Below are positions 11,009-19,388 of a DNA stretch of 64,000 nt, one piece after another. The first letter of the stretch is position 1. Every line of letters begins with the position of its first letter. This DNA comes from Solirubrobacterales bacterium (GTDB taxonomy: Bacteria > Actinomycetota > Thermoleophilia > Solirubrobacterales > 70-9). The stretch lies in assembly GCA_035551255.1 (NCBI GenBank), contig DASZNP010000063.1, positions 2,940 to 66,939 on the forward strand, written 5' to 3'. The notes beneath the pieces were generated by a model. It worked only from the letters and a program-made list of their open reading frames with translations, made no database searches and was not told the origin of the DNA. The position numbers and the translations under genes are program-made.

Positions 11009-12232
11009 CTAGACCGTTGCGGCTGCCTGCTCGGACTGGCTCTGCTCGGACTCCGGGCTACTGGGGGCCGGGGCCGGGGCGCTTTCCTGGCGCGGGAGCA
11101 GGACTTCTTTGGCGATGACGAGGCGCTGGATCTGGCTGGTGCCCTCGTAGAGCTGCATGATCTTCGCGTCGCGCATCAGTTTCTCGACCGGGTACTCCTT
11201 GATGAAGCCGTAGCCGCCGTAGACCTGGACGGCGTCGGTGGTGACCTCCATCGCCGAGTCGGCGGCGAAGCGCTTGGCCATCGAGGAGACGCGGCTGTTG
11301 CGAACGCCTTGGTCGAGCAGGAACGCCGAGTTCCAGACCAGCAGGCGCGACGCCTCAACCTTCGTCGCCATGTCGGCGATCATGAACTGGATCGCCTGGT
11401 GCATCGCGATCGGGACGCCGAACTGGACCCGTTCTTTCGAGTAGTCGGTCGCGTACTCGAGGGCGGCGCGGGCGATGCCGGTCGCCATCGCGGCCACACC
11501 CGGGCGGGTGCGATCGAGGGTCATCATCGCCAATTTGAAGCCCTTATTTTCCTCGGCCAGCAGGTTCTCGGCCGGGATCTCGACTTCGTCGAAGGAGATG
11601 GTCGCGGTGTTGGAGGCCCGCTGACCCATCTTGTCCTCCTTCTTGTCAACGGTGACCCCGGGGAGGTCGGCATCGACGACGAAGGCGCTGATGCCGCGGT
11701 GGCCGGCCTCCGGGTCGGTCTTGGCGAAGACCGTGAAGTAGTCGGCGTAGGTGCCGTTGGTGATGAAGCACTTGGAGCCGGAGATGACGTACTTGTCGCC
11801 CTTCTTGACGGCGCGAGTCTTCATCCCGGAGACGTCGGAGCCGGCGTCGGGCTCGGTGAGGCCGAAGGAGGCGAGCTTGGGGGCTTCGGTCAGCATCCCC
11901 AGGTATTTCTTTTTCGTCTCCTCGGAACCGCCGAGGGTGATCGGGGCCGAGGCGAGGCCGTTGGCCATCAGCGAGGTGCCGATCCCGGAGCAGCCCCAGC
12001 CGACCTCCTCCTCGATGATGCAGCCGGAGAGGTAGTCGAGGCCGGGACCACCGTAAGCCTCGGGGATGTGGGTGTTCATCAACCCGACCTCCCAGGCCTT
12101 GTCGATGATGTCCTGCGGCCAGGTGCCGTCCTTGTCGTACTCCCAGGCGACCTTGCGCATCTCTTTATCGGCGAAGCTGTTGGCCAGCTCGCGCAGGTCC
12201 TTCTGCTCATCGGTGAGGGTGAAATCGACCAC
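11009..12232 (-). CDS. Acyl-CoA dehydrogenase
   Basis: 407 aa with typical ACAD features throughout (GLTEPDAGSDV, YEGTSQIQRLVIAKE). It has a short Ser/Pro/Gln-rich C-terminal tail. Confidence 0.95.
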   Translation of the reverse strand: MVDFTLTDEQKDLRELANSFADKEMRKVAWEYDKDGTWPQDIIDKAWEVGLMNTHIPEAYGGPGLDYLSGCIIEEEVGWGCSGIGTSLMANGLASAPITLGGSEETKKKYLGMLTEAPKLASFGLTEPDAGSDVSGMKTRAVKKGDKYVISGSKCFITNGTYADYFTVFAKTDPEAGHRGISAFVVDADLPGVTVDKKEDKMGQRASNTATISFDEVEIPAENLLAEENKGFKLAMMTLDRTRPGVAAMATGIARAALEYATDYSKERVQFGVPIAMHQAIQFMIADMATKVEASRLLVWNSAFLLDQGVRNSRVSSMAKRFAADSAMEVTTDAVQVYGGYGFIKEYPVEKLMRDAKIMQLYEGTSQIQRLVIAKEVLLPRQESAPAPAPSSPESEQSQSEQAAATV

Positions 12233-12305
12233 CGGTCGGTGCTCCTTTTCTTCGCGTTTCTTATGAAGTCTGCGGGAGCGCCGACAGCAGGTGGCGTTCC
12301 ACTGA

Positions 12306-12321
12306 TTGACTCGTCAGTCAA
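12306..12321. promoter_or_regulatory. Inverted repeat TTGACT-CGTC-AGTCAA in the acd / hypothetical divergent promoter region
   Basis: 6-bp arms with a 4-nt spacer, read directly. The left flank gives GATTGAC, the same half-site as the repeat at 61787. Confidence 0.35.
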
Positions 12322-12355
12322 CCGTCCCCCAAGGTTAGCGGACAGCCCCCGCGAA

Positions 12356-12853
12356 ATGGCTCTCTACCCTTGTCCGATGGCACTTCCGCTGGCTTTTTCG
12401 GCGCTGCAGAAGGGTGCCGCCATCCTGCTCTTCACCGGTGTCCTCGCGCCCCTGATCGGGATGCTGCTGAAGCGCGTCGGCGGCGGCTGGGAGACGATGG
12501 GTAGCGGTCCCTTCTCGATCCTCAACGAGCCCCCGCCGCGGTCCGCCGGCGGGACCGCGCCGAAGGTCGATCCCGCGATCCAGGCCGCCGAGGTCCGCCA
12601 GATGCTGGAAGCGAAATCCGAGCGCCGCCGCCAGCGCGGCGAAGCACCACTGAACGTCGAGGCGGAGACCGAACGGCTGCTCTCGGCGGCCGAAGAGCCC
12701 CGCGGCGAGGAGGCGATGGACACCGAGCTGCGGGCGGAGGTGCGCCAGCTCGTCGTCGCCCGCAACGAACGCCGCTTGCGCGAAGGTCTGGAGCCGCTTG
12801 ACGTCGAGGCGGAGACCGATCGACAGCTGGCCGATCTCATAGGATCGGGCTGA
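12356..12853 (+). CDS. Hypothetical membrane-anchored protein with an internal ~35-aa repeat
   Basis: Only the 3' part of track ORF 11309-12853 looks coding; the rest is antisense to acd. It has an N-terminal TM (ILLFTGVLAPLIGMLL). The repeat reads AEVRQ..A..ERR...G..PL.VEAET.R.L twice. An alternative start is at 12377. Confidence 0.6.
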   Translation: MALYPCPMALPLAFSALQKGAAILLFTGVLAPLIGMLLKRVGGGWETMGSGPFSILNEPPPRSAGGTAPKVDPAIQAAEVRQMLEAKSERRRQRGEAPLNVEAETERLLSAAEEPRGEEAMDTELRAEVRQLVVARNERRLREGLEPLDVEAETDRQLADLIGSG

Positions 12854-13185
12854 TGGCCACCCCCAACGAGAACGTCTACGAGGTTGAGGAGATGCTCAAC
12901 CAGCCGGGCACCTACTTCAACCCCCAGAGCGAGGTCGTCGTGATCGTCGACGACTCCGCCTCGATCGACCAGGAGGTCTTCAGCGACGTCGAAGGGGCCG
13001 AGTGGGTCCGCGTCTCCGACGAGGTCCCGGTCGACGAAGACGGCCGCGACCGCGCCCTCGAGAGCTTCGAGGCGCGCAGCCAGGGTGGTGAGGTCCTCGC
13101 CCCAGAAGAACTCGAAGAGAGCGACGACGACTTCGAAGAAGAGGAAGAGCGCCCCGAAGGCGTTCCCCTCGAAGACGAGGAGTAG
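12853..13185 (+). CDS. Highly acidic hypothetical protein
   Basis: 110 aa and very rich in Asp/Glu. Its ATG overlaps the upstream stop (TGATG), which suggests translational coupling. Confidence 0.6.
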   Translation: MATPNENVYEVEEMLNQPGTYFNPQSEVVVIVDDSASIDQEVFSDVEGAEWVRVSDEVPVDEDGRDRALESFEARSQGGEVLAPEELEESDDDFEEEEERPEGVPLEDEE

Positions 13186-13187
13186 GC

Positions 13188-13649
13188 GTGCTCGAAGCCG
13201 GAGACAAGGCGCCCGCCTTCGCACTGCCCGATCAGAACGGCGAGAAGGTGAAGCTCTCCGATCTCAAGGGCGAGACCGTGGTCCTCTACTTCTATCCACG
13301 AGCAGATACGCCTGGCTGTACGATCCAGGCCTGCGGCGTCCGCGACCGCAGCGCCGAGTACGCGAAGGCCGGGGCGCGGGTGATCGGGATCTCGCCCGAT
13401 GAGGTCGGGGCGATCGACAAGTTCGCCGGCAAGTACGACCTCGGCTTCACCCTCCTCGCCGACGCCGACCATGCGGTGGCCGAGAAATACGGCACCTGGG
13501 TCGAGAAGTCGATGTACGGCAAGAAGTACATGGGCGTCCAGCGCGCGACCTTCATCATCGGCCCGAACGGCAAGATCGCCAAGGTCTTCCCGAAGGTCCA
13601 GCCGAAACAGCACGACGATTTGGTGCTCGCCGCGCTTGAGCGCCTCTAG
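13188..13649 (+). CDS. bcp: Thioredoxin-dependent thiol peroxidase (Bcp / peroxiredoxin Q)
   Basis: 153 aa with the active-site region LYFYPRADTPGCTIQAC. Confidence 0.9.
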   Translation: MLEAGDKAPAFALPDQNGEKVKLSDLKGETVVLYFYPRADTPGCTIQACGVRDRSAEYAKAGARVIGISPDEVGAIDKFAGKYDLGFTLLADADHAVAEKYGTWVEKSMYGKKYMGVQRATFIIGPNGKIAKVFPKVQPKQHDDLVLAALERL

Positions 13650-13705
13650 CGGCGTCCTCAGTCGCTCGCGTGCAGAGCACGCCACGCTCCCTGCGTCCTT
13701 GCCAG
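13650..13705 (-). repeat. Copy A of a 52-56 bp intergenic repeat (inverted relative to copies B and C)
   Basis: The reverse complement is identical over 56 bp to 14745-14800 and over 52 bp to 58051-58102. It lies between the convergent stops of bcp and the antiporter gene. Confidence 0.9.
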
Positions 13706-13711
13706 AGACGC

Positions 13712-14713
13712 TCACGCACTGGCGAGAACCGCGACGATAAACGCCGCGTAGAGCACGAACCAGCCGATCACGGCCGGCAGTTTGAAGCGGCGTCCCAGGT
13801 GGAGGCTCTCGTAGGCGAGCAGGCCGCCGGCGAGGCCGAGGCCGATCGAGAGGACCGCGTGCCAGTTGAGCTCCCAGTCGGTGAAGATCAGGCCAATCCC
13901 GACCGGGATCATCGCCTGGAAGACCATCGCGCCGCTGATGTTCCCGAGGGCCAGCGCGTCCTTTCCTTCCCGCACCCAGAAGAAGCTGTTGACCTTCTCC
14001 GGCAGCTCGGTCGCCAGCGGCGCCAGGATCAGCGCCAGCACTAGCGGCTCGGCACCGATGCTTTCGGCGAGGTTGAGCAGCTCTTCGACGAAGAGGTGGG
14101 CGCCGCCGACCATCGCCCCGAGCCCGACCAGAAGCTGGACCACGCAGAGCACGAGCGAGGGATCTTCGCGTCGCTCGCTGCGGCGCTCGAAGATCAGCGG
14201 GTTGAGCGACTCTTCGCTCTGCACCTCTCCCCCGCCCTTCATGGTCAGGGCGACGTAGGCGACATAGGCACAGAGGAAGGCAACCCCGACGGCGATTCTC
14301 AGCGGCGCCGGGGGTCCCCAGGCCAAAGCGCCGCCGATTGCGAAGAGCACGAGGAAGAAGAGCAGGTCGCGCTCGAGCGTCGGCCGGTGGACATTCAATT
14401 GCAGTCCCTGGTCGCGTTTGTCGCGGTAGAGGTAGGCGAAGAGCCCGACCAGCCCCATCGCCAGCGTCGCCAGCAGGAAGGGGGCGCCGACGATCGCCCC
14501 GACAGCGACGTCTTCGGAGCCCTCTTTGGCGCTGACCAAAGCGACGATCGCGATCAGCGTCTCCGGCATCGCCGTGCCGACCGCGGCGAGGATGCTGCCG
14601 ACCGCGCCCACCCCAACCTCGAGCTTGTGCCCGATCCACTCGACCGCGTTGGTGAACAGCAGCGCCCCGGCAAGGACGACAGCAAAGGCCAGGAGGAGTA
14701 GAACGGCGTCGAT
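13712..14713 (-). CDS. Sodium:calcium antiporter (YrbG/CaCA family); start codon uncertain
   Basis: Alpha-repeat motifs are present (GSILAAVGTAMPETLIAI and a second repeat). The frame stays open to the TAG at 14725-14723 and encodes a conserved-looking TM1 (AVLLLLAFAVVLAGALLFTNAVEWIGHKL). The first canonical start is the GTG at 14611; upstream of it only an in-frame ATC (14713) and CTG codons occur. Confidence 0.8.
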   Translation of the reverse strand: MDAVLLLLAFAVVLAGALLFTNAVEWIGHKLEVGVGAVGSILAAVGTAMPETLIAIVALVSAKEGSEDVAVGAIVGAPFLLATLAMGLVGLFAYLYRDKRDQGLQLNVHRPTLERDLLFFLVLFAIGGALAWGPPAPLRIAVGVAFLCAYVAYVALTMKGGGEVQSEESLNPLIFERRSERREDPSLVLCVVQLLVGLGAMVGGAHLFVEELLNLAESIGAEPLVLALILAPLATELPEKVNSFFWVREGKDALALGNISGAMVFQAMIPVGIGLIFTDWELNWHAVLSIGLGLAGGLLAYESLHLGRRFKLPAVIGWFVLYAAFIVAVLASA

Positions 14714-14744
14714 TTTCGGAGCCTACTAACCCTCCTAAGCGTGG

Positions 14745-14800
14745 CTGGCAAGGACGCAGGGAGCGTGGCGTGCTCTGCACGCGAGCGACTGAGGACGCCG
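14745..14800 (+). repeat. Copy B of the 52-56 bp intergenic repeat
   Basis: CTGGCAAGGACGCAGGGAGCGTGGCGTGCTCTGCACGCGAGCGACTGAGGACGCCG. It lies between the CAX gene stop (14811) and the antiporter 5' end. Confidence 0.9.
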
Positions 14801-14810
14801 CCAGGCGCGC

Positions 14811-15935
14811 TTAGGCGAAGTAGAAGGCGAGTCCAAAGACGAAATACACGGCAAGCAGTTGCACGCCCTCGAACCAGGTCGACTCGCCGTCGGCGGTGAC
14901 GTGGTTGCCGACCAGGATCGCCAGCAGGATCGCGCCGAGCTCAAAGCCGTTGAAGACCAGCGCCAGCGGATAGGGCCCGATGAAGTAGGAGGCGATGACG
15001 AGGAGCGGGGCGACGAAGAGGGCGACCTGGGCGCTCGAGCCGACGGCGATGTTGACCGCCAGGTCCATCTTGTCCTTCATCGCCACCAGCACCGCCACCC
15101 AGTGCTCGGCCGCGTTGCCGACGATCGCGACGACGATGACGCCGATGAAGAACTCCGAGAGCCCGACCGATTCCGAAGCTTCGGTGATCGAGCCGACCAG
15201 CACCTCCGACATCACACCGACGAGAACGCCCGCGATCGCCAGCGCGATCACCGAGGTCCGGGTCGACCAGCCCCAGGTGTCTTCCTCCTCGTACTCAGGG
15301 TTGAAGAGGTCCCGATGCGTCTTCAGCGAGAAGAAGAGGCCGATCACGTAGGTGATGATGAGGACGATCGCCACCGCCAGCGAGAGGTGCTCAACGGTGC
15401 CGCCGTAGTGGGTGGCTTCTGAGCCCGGCTCCGGCAGCCCCTTGCCCTCGACCAGCTCGAAGATCGCCGGCATGATCAGCGCCCCGCCGGCCAGCATCAG
15501 CATCGTCGTCTGGATGCTGGCGCTGGTGCGGCTGAAGTGCTGTTTCTCGCGCCCGATGCCGCCGGCAAGCATCGCCGCCCCCAGCACCAGCAGCATGTTG
15601 CCGACGATCGAGCCGACGATCGAGGCCTTGACCACCTCCTGCAGCCCCTGACCGAGGGCGAAGAGGGCGATGATCAGCTCCGGCGCGTTGCCGAAGGTGA
15701 CGTTGAGGAGGCCGCCGATCCCCGGACCTGACCGCGCCGCCAGCTCCTCCGTCGCCCGCCCCATCAGCGCCGCCGTGGGGACGATCCCAAGCGCTGAGGT
15801 GGCGAAGACAGCCGTCGCCGGCGCACCGAGGAGGTCCAGCGCGAGGGCGACCGGGATCAGCGGCGCGAGCAGGTAGGGCCAGCCCGTCGGCGTCCTCAAG
15901 AAGGACGCGTCGAGGCGAGGCCCTGCCTGGTTCAC
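14811..15935 (-). CDS. Calcium/proton exchanger (CAX/ChaA family)
   Basis: 374 aa and polytopic, with both CaCA alpha-repeat signatures ([14 protein letters not shown] and [15 protein letters not shown]). Confidence 0.9.
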   Translation of the reverse strand: MNQAGPRLDASFLRTPTGWPYLLAPLIPVALALDLLGAPATAVFATSALGIVPTAALMGRATEELAARSGPGIGGLLNVTFGNAPELIIALFALGQGLQEVVKASIVGSIVGNMLLVLGAAMLAGGIGREKQHFSRTSASIQTTMLMLAGGALIMPAIFELVEGKGLPEPGSEATHYGGTVEHLSLAVAIVLIITYVIGLFFSLKTHRDLFNPEYEEEDTWGWSTRTSVIALAIAGVLVGVMSEVLVGSITEASESVGLSEFFIGVIVVAIVGNAAEHWVAVLVAMKDKMDLAVNIAVGSSAQVALFVAPLLVIASYFIGPYPLALVFNGFELGAILLAILVGNHVTADGESTWFEGVQLLAVYFVFGLAFYFA

Positions 15936-15953
15936 GATGCGCGGCCTACTCGG

Positions 15954-17075
15954 CTACTTGAGCAGGCTCGCGCACTTCTGCAGATCGGCCGGCGTCTTCG
16001 CCGACTGCAGGCACTTCACGTATTCCTTCTGCGCGGCGGCGCTGGGCGCCGAGCCACCCGAGGAGCTGCCGCCACCCGAGGAGCCACCGGACGCGCCGCC
16101 CATCAAGCCTTCCAGCAGGCCGCCGATGCCTCCGCTGCCGCCGCCTTCCAGCAGTTCGAGCGGGTTGACGCCGAGCTGCTTGAACAGGCCTTCCAGCGGC
16201 TTCGCGTTCGAGGGTTCCTCGAAGCTCTGTTCCCCGTTAACGCCGCTGAGCGTGACTTCCATTTCCAGTTCGACCTTTTCGCCCTTGGCTTCCGGCGGTT
16301 CGACCGTAAGTTCCATCGCAAACTTGCGGACGATGTTGTCGTCGCCGACGGCGATTTCAACGTGCGACTTCTTGATCGCCTTGCTCAGTTCGCCCTTGGC
16401 TTCTTCGAGTTCGTTGATCGGCAGCGGGCCGGCGGCTTCGAGCTGCGAGGCGCAAGCCGGGTCTTCGGTCAGCTGGATCACCGCGTCGATCGCGCCTTCG
16501 ACGTTGACGTCGCCGCTGACCTTGGTGGTCGAGGTGCCGTCGATGTCTTCGGAGCCTTCGTTTTCGAGGTTGTCGGCGAACTGGCTGAACTTGATCCCTT
16601 CCGCCGCCTTCTGGCAAGCGGTCACGTCGGCTTCGGAGCCTTCCTGCTGCTGGGCCCGTTCCAAAGCTGACTTGAGGAAGCCGAAGGTGGTCGGGTCGAC
16701 TTCGTAGGGGGTCCCTTCGTATTCGATGAAGGCGCGGTCCTTGAGGAGCGTCAAGCCGCCGTCAAAGCTGATGTCTTCGTCCTGGGCACTGCCGCTGGCT
16801 TCGACCTTGACTTCCGCCTGCGGGAGTTCGCCTTTGGCGCCGGCTTCGAACGGGCCGGAGAGGCTGGCTTCGAATTCGCCACCTTCTTCGCCTTCGGCCT
16901 TGACATTCAGCGACATCTCGAATTCGCCGCTCTTGACGCCTTCAAGGCTGGCCTTTTCGACGACCTTCTGCGGATCTTCGTTGCTGCTGTCGTTGCCACC
17001 ACCGCCGCAGGCGACGAAGACGCTCGCCAAGAGGGCCAGCGTTGCGAACAGCGCAAAAAATCGGATACGGCTCAA
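15954..17075 (-). CDS. Acidic secreted lipoprotein, unknown function (paralogue 1)
   Basis: 373 aa with the lipobox SVFVACGG. It is very Glu/Asp/Gly rich. It shares the motifs ACQKAAEG and AIDAVIQLTEDPACASQLEAAG with the next gene and has a Gly/Ser-rich C-terminal linker. Confidence 0.75.
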   Translation of the reverse strand: MSRIRFFALFATLALLASVFVACGGGGNDSSNEDPQKVVEKASLEGVKSGEFEMSLNVKAEGEEGGEFEASLSGPFEAGAKGELPQAEVKVEASGSAQDEDISFDGGLTLLKDRAFIEYEGTPYEVDPTTFGFLKSALERAQQQEGSEADVTACQKAAEGIKFSQFADNLENEGSEDIDGTSTTKVSGDVNVEGAIDAVIQLTEDPACASQLEAAGPLPINELEEAKGELSKAIKKSHVEIAVGDDNIVRKFAMELTVEPPEAKGEKVELEMEVTLSGVNGEQSFEEPSNAKPLEGLFKQLGVNPLELLEGGGSGGIGGLLEGLMGGASGGSSGGGSSSGGSAPSAAAQKEYVKCLQSAKTPADLQKCASLLK

Positions 17076-17155
17076 GAGATGGGACTCCTCATGCTCGGAG
17101 AACAGGGCCGGCCCGGATTCTACGGAGCGGCGTCGCTCAGCGGCTCCGCCCCGCC

Positions 17156-18172
17156 TCAGCCGCCTTCGCGGCCGAAGAGCCGATCGGCGAGGACCCCGAG
17201 GATGCCAACGTAGATTTCCCCGGCGTCAGCTTCCTTCACATCCTGCTGGGTGAGACCGAACTGCTTCAGGAGTGCGGGGTAGGGAGTGTACCCGTGGGCG
17301 ATCGGCAGTTCGGTTTGTTCGTTGACCCGGTCCAACCGCATATAGGCTTCTACTTCTAGTTCTTCGCCGCTAGGCAGTTCGAGGCTGATCAGGGTCCTGC
17401 CGTAACGGACCAGGCCGTGCTTGTCGAGGCTGATCGTCAGCTGGGCTGCCGCCAGGGCGCCTTCCAGTTCCTTCTCGAGCTTTTTCAGTTCGGCCGCCGA
17501 CGGTACGCCAATCGCTTCCAGTTGCGCCTGGCAGCCTGGTTCCTCCCCCAGCTTGATCAGCTCGTCGATGACCGCAGAGGTATCGAGATCGCCGCCCACC
17601 CGAGCGACTTTGGTTCCGTCGATCCCTTCCGCTCTCCCTTCGAAGGAGACATGGTGCACGACATTGGTGAGGTCGAAACCTTCGGCGGCTTCGACGCAGG
17701 CCATCGCATTGCCTTCGCCACCTTCTTCCCCCTGGGCTTCTTCGACCTTCGACTTCAGTTCTTCGAACGTGGCGTGATCCGGTTCGTAGACCTTGCCGGC
17801 GAAGTTAACGACCCACTTGTCGTCTCGCAGCAGCGGACCACTGAGGAATTTGACCTTACGCCCGGCGAGTTCGCCATTTGATTCGATCGCGAAATCGAGC
17901 TGTGGAAGTGCTTCTTCCCCGGCTTTTATGAAGTTGCCGAGGATTCGCATTTTGATGTATTCCGGCTTCTTCTTGAGCCGTTTCACGATCAGCACGAGTT
18001 CGACTTCGCCGTTGTGGACGCCGTCGAAGTTGGCGGCGTCGGCCTTCCCGGCTGGGCTCGCGGGCAGTTCGGCGCTGGTTGCTTCGTCGCCGCCGCTGCC
18101 GCAGCCTGCGCCAAGCGCGACCGCCAGCAGCGCAACCACCACCGAGAGCGCCAATGCACTGATCCCCTTCAC
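17156..18172 (-). CDS. Acidic secreted lipoprotein, unknown function (paralogue 2)
   Basis: 338 aa with the lipobox LGAGCGSG. The motifs ACVEAAEG and VIDELIKLGEEPGCQAQLEAIG are collinear with paralogue 1. Confidence 0.75.
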   Translation of the reverse strand: MKGISALALSVVVALLAVALGAGCGSGGDEATSAELPASPAGKADAANFDGVHNGEVELVLIVKRLKKKPEYIKMRILGNFIKAGEEALPQLDFAIESNGELAGRKVKFLSGPLLRDDKWVVNFAGKVYEPDHATFEELKSKVEEAQGEEGGEGNAMACVEAAEGFDLTNVVHHVSFEGRAEGIDGTKVARVGGDLDTSAVIDELIKLGEEPGCQAQLEAIGVPSAAELKKLEKELEGALAAAQLTISLDKHGLVRYGRTLISLELPSGEELEVEAYMRLDRVNEQTELPIAHGYTPYPALLKQFGLTQQDVKEADAGEIYVGILGVLADRLFGREGG

Positions 18173-18288
18173 CTGCGAACCCTCCCTTATTGAGCAGTAA
18201 ACTCGGAGTATTCTAAGAGGAGCTAAGGGGTTGCGCGCGACTACTGGGCGCTGTTGTCACCCGAGCCTTCCTCGCATCCTGGGGCTGG

Positions 18289-18483
18289 CTACGCCGTCAG
18301 ATGGGCGACAAAGGGAAGCAGCATCGCCCCCAAACCGATCAGGATGATCCCCGCTGCGACCAGCCAGCGCCAGCCCGCGAGGTGACCGAGGATCCCGACC
18401 GCGAAGCCGGCCAGCATCAGCCCAACGTAGGGGGTGACGGTCTGCGGCAGCAGCGCCGCCAGGGGAGGGACGAGGTCGGGCAC
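18289..18483 (-). CDS. Small two-TM membrane protein (hypothetical)
   Basis: Only the 3' part of track ORF 18289-18669 looks coding. From the GTG at 18483 it reads MPDLVPPLAALLPQTVTPYVGLMLAGFAVGILGHLAGWRWLVAAGIILIGLGAMLLPFVAHLTA. A GATAAT box lies about 9 nt upstream. Confidence 0.4.
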   Translation of the reverse strand: MPDLVPPLAALLPQTVTPYVGLMLAGFAVGILGHLAGWRWLVAAGIILIGLGAMLLPFVAHLTA

Positions 18484-18506
18484 GAGCGCGTGATTATCAT
18501 CGGCCC

Positions 18507-19388
18507 GTGCCCCAAGGTTCAGTCGCAGAGGTGAAAGAGGCGCTCGCGGGGGTCGGCTACCTGGCCGACGAGCCGGCGGCGCTGGTCTCCTTCCTCGCCC
18601 AGAAGCTGGGCAAGCCGGTCCTGGTCGAGGGCCCGGCGGGGGTTGGCAAGACCGAGCTGGCGAAGGCACTCTCCCGCGCCACCGGCCGCGAGCTGGTGCG
18701 ACTGCAGTGCTACGAGGGCCTCGACGAGGCGAAGGCGATGTACGAGTGGAACTACCGCAAGCAGCTGCTGCGGATCCAGGCCGGCGGCGAGGACGGCTGG
18801 GGCGACGTGCAGGAGGACATCTTCAGCTCCGAGTTCCTGCTCGAGCGGCCGTTGATGCAAGCGATCGCCAGCCCCGAGCCGGTGGTGCTGCTGATCGACG
18901 AGATCGACAAGACCGACCAGGAGTTCGAGGCGATGCTGCTCGAGCTGCTCTCCGACTTCCAGATGACGATCCCCGAGTTGGGGCGGATCGAGGCGACGAC
19001 GATGCCGATCGTCATCCTCACCTCCAACGACTCGCGCGAGCTGACCGAGGCGCTGAAGCGGCGCTGCCTCTACCTCTGGCTCGACTACCCCGAGCTCGAG
19101 CGGGAGATGGAGATCGTCCGCCTGCACGCTCCCGACCTGCCGGAGACGCTGGCGCGACGGCTGGTCGAGGTGATCCGGATGGTCCGTGACCTCGACCTGA
19201 AAAAGCCGCCCTCGATCGCCGAGTCGATCGACTGGGCGCGGACGCTCCTGCTGATGGGCGCCGAGGACATCGACCGCGAGACCTTCACCCAGTCGATGTC
19301 GATCATCGTCAAGCACCGCACCGACATCGACCTCGTCGCCGAGCGGGTCGGGGTGAAACTTGCCGACCCCATACGGGCCGAAGGCTGA
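18507..19388 (+). CDS. MoxR-family AAA+ ATPase (CoxD-like)
   Basis: 293 aa. Walker A is EGPAGVGKTELAK and Walker B is VLLIDEIDK. The length is typical of MoxR. Confidence 0.9.
   Translation: MPQGSVAEVKEALAGVGYLADEPAALVSFLAQKLGKPVLVEGPAGVGKTELAKALSRATGRELVRLQCYEGLDEAKAMYEWNYRKQLLRIQAGGEDGWGDVQEDIFSSEFLLERPLMQAIASPEPVVLLIDEIDKTDQEFEAMLLELLSDFQMTIPELGRIEATTMPIVILTSNDSRELTEALKRRCLYLWLDYPELEREMEIVRLHAPDLPETLARRLVEVIRMVRDLDLKKPPSIAESIDWARTLLLMGAEDIDRETFTQSMSIIVKHRTDIDLVAERVGVKLADPIRAEG

Noticed and set aside
12912-14780. 622-aa minus-strand ORF spanning the acidic protein gene, bcp, repeat copy A and the antiporter gene
   Set aside because: It is a low-complexity Arg/Pro/Gly-rich translation. It crosses two well-supported plus-strand genes and an intergenic repeat, and it lies out of frame with the real minus-strand antiporter gene.
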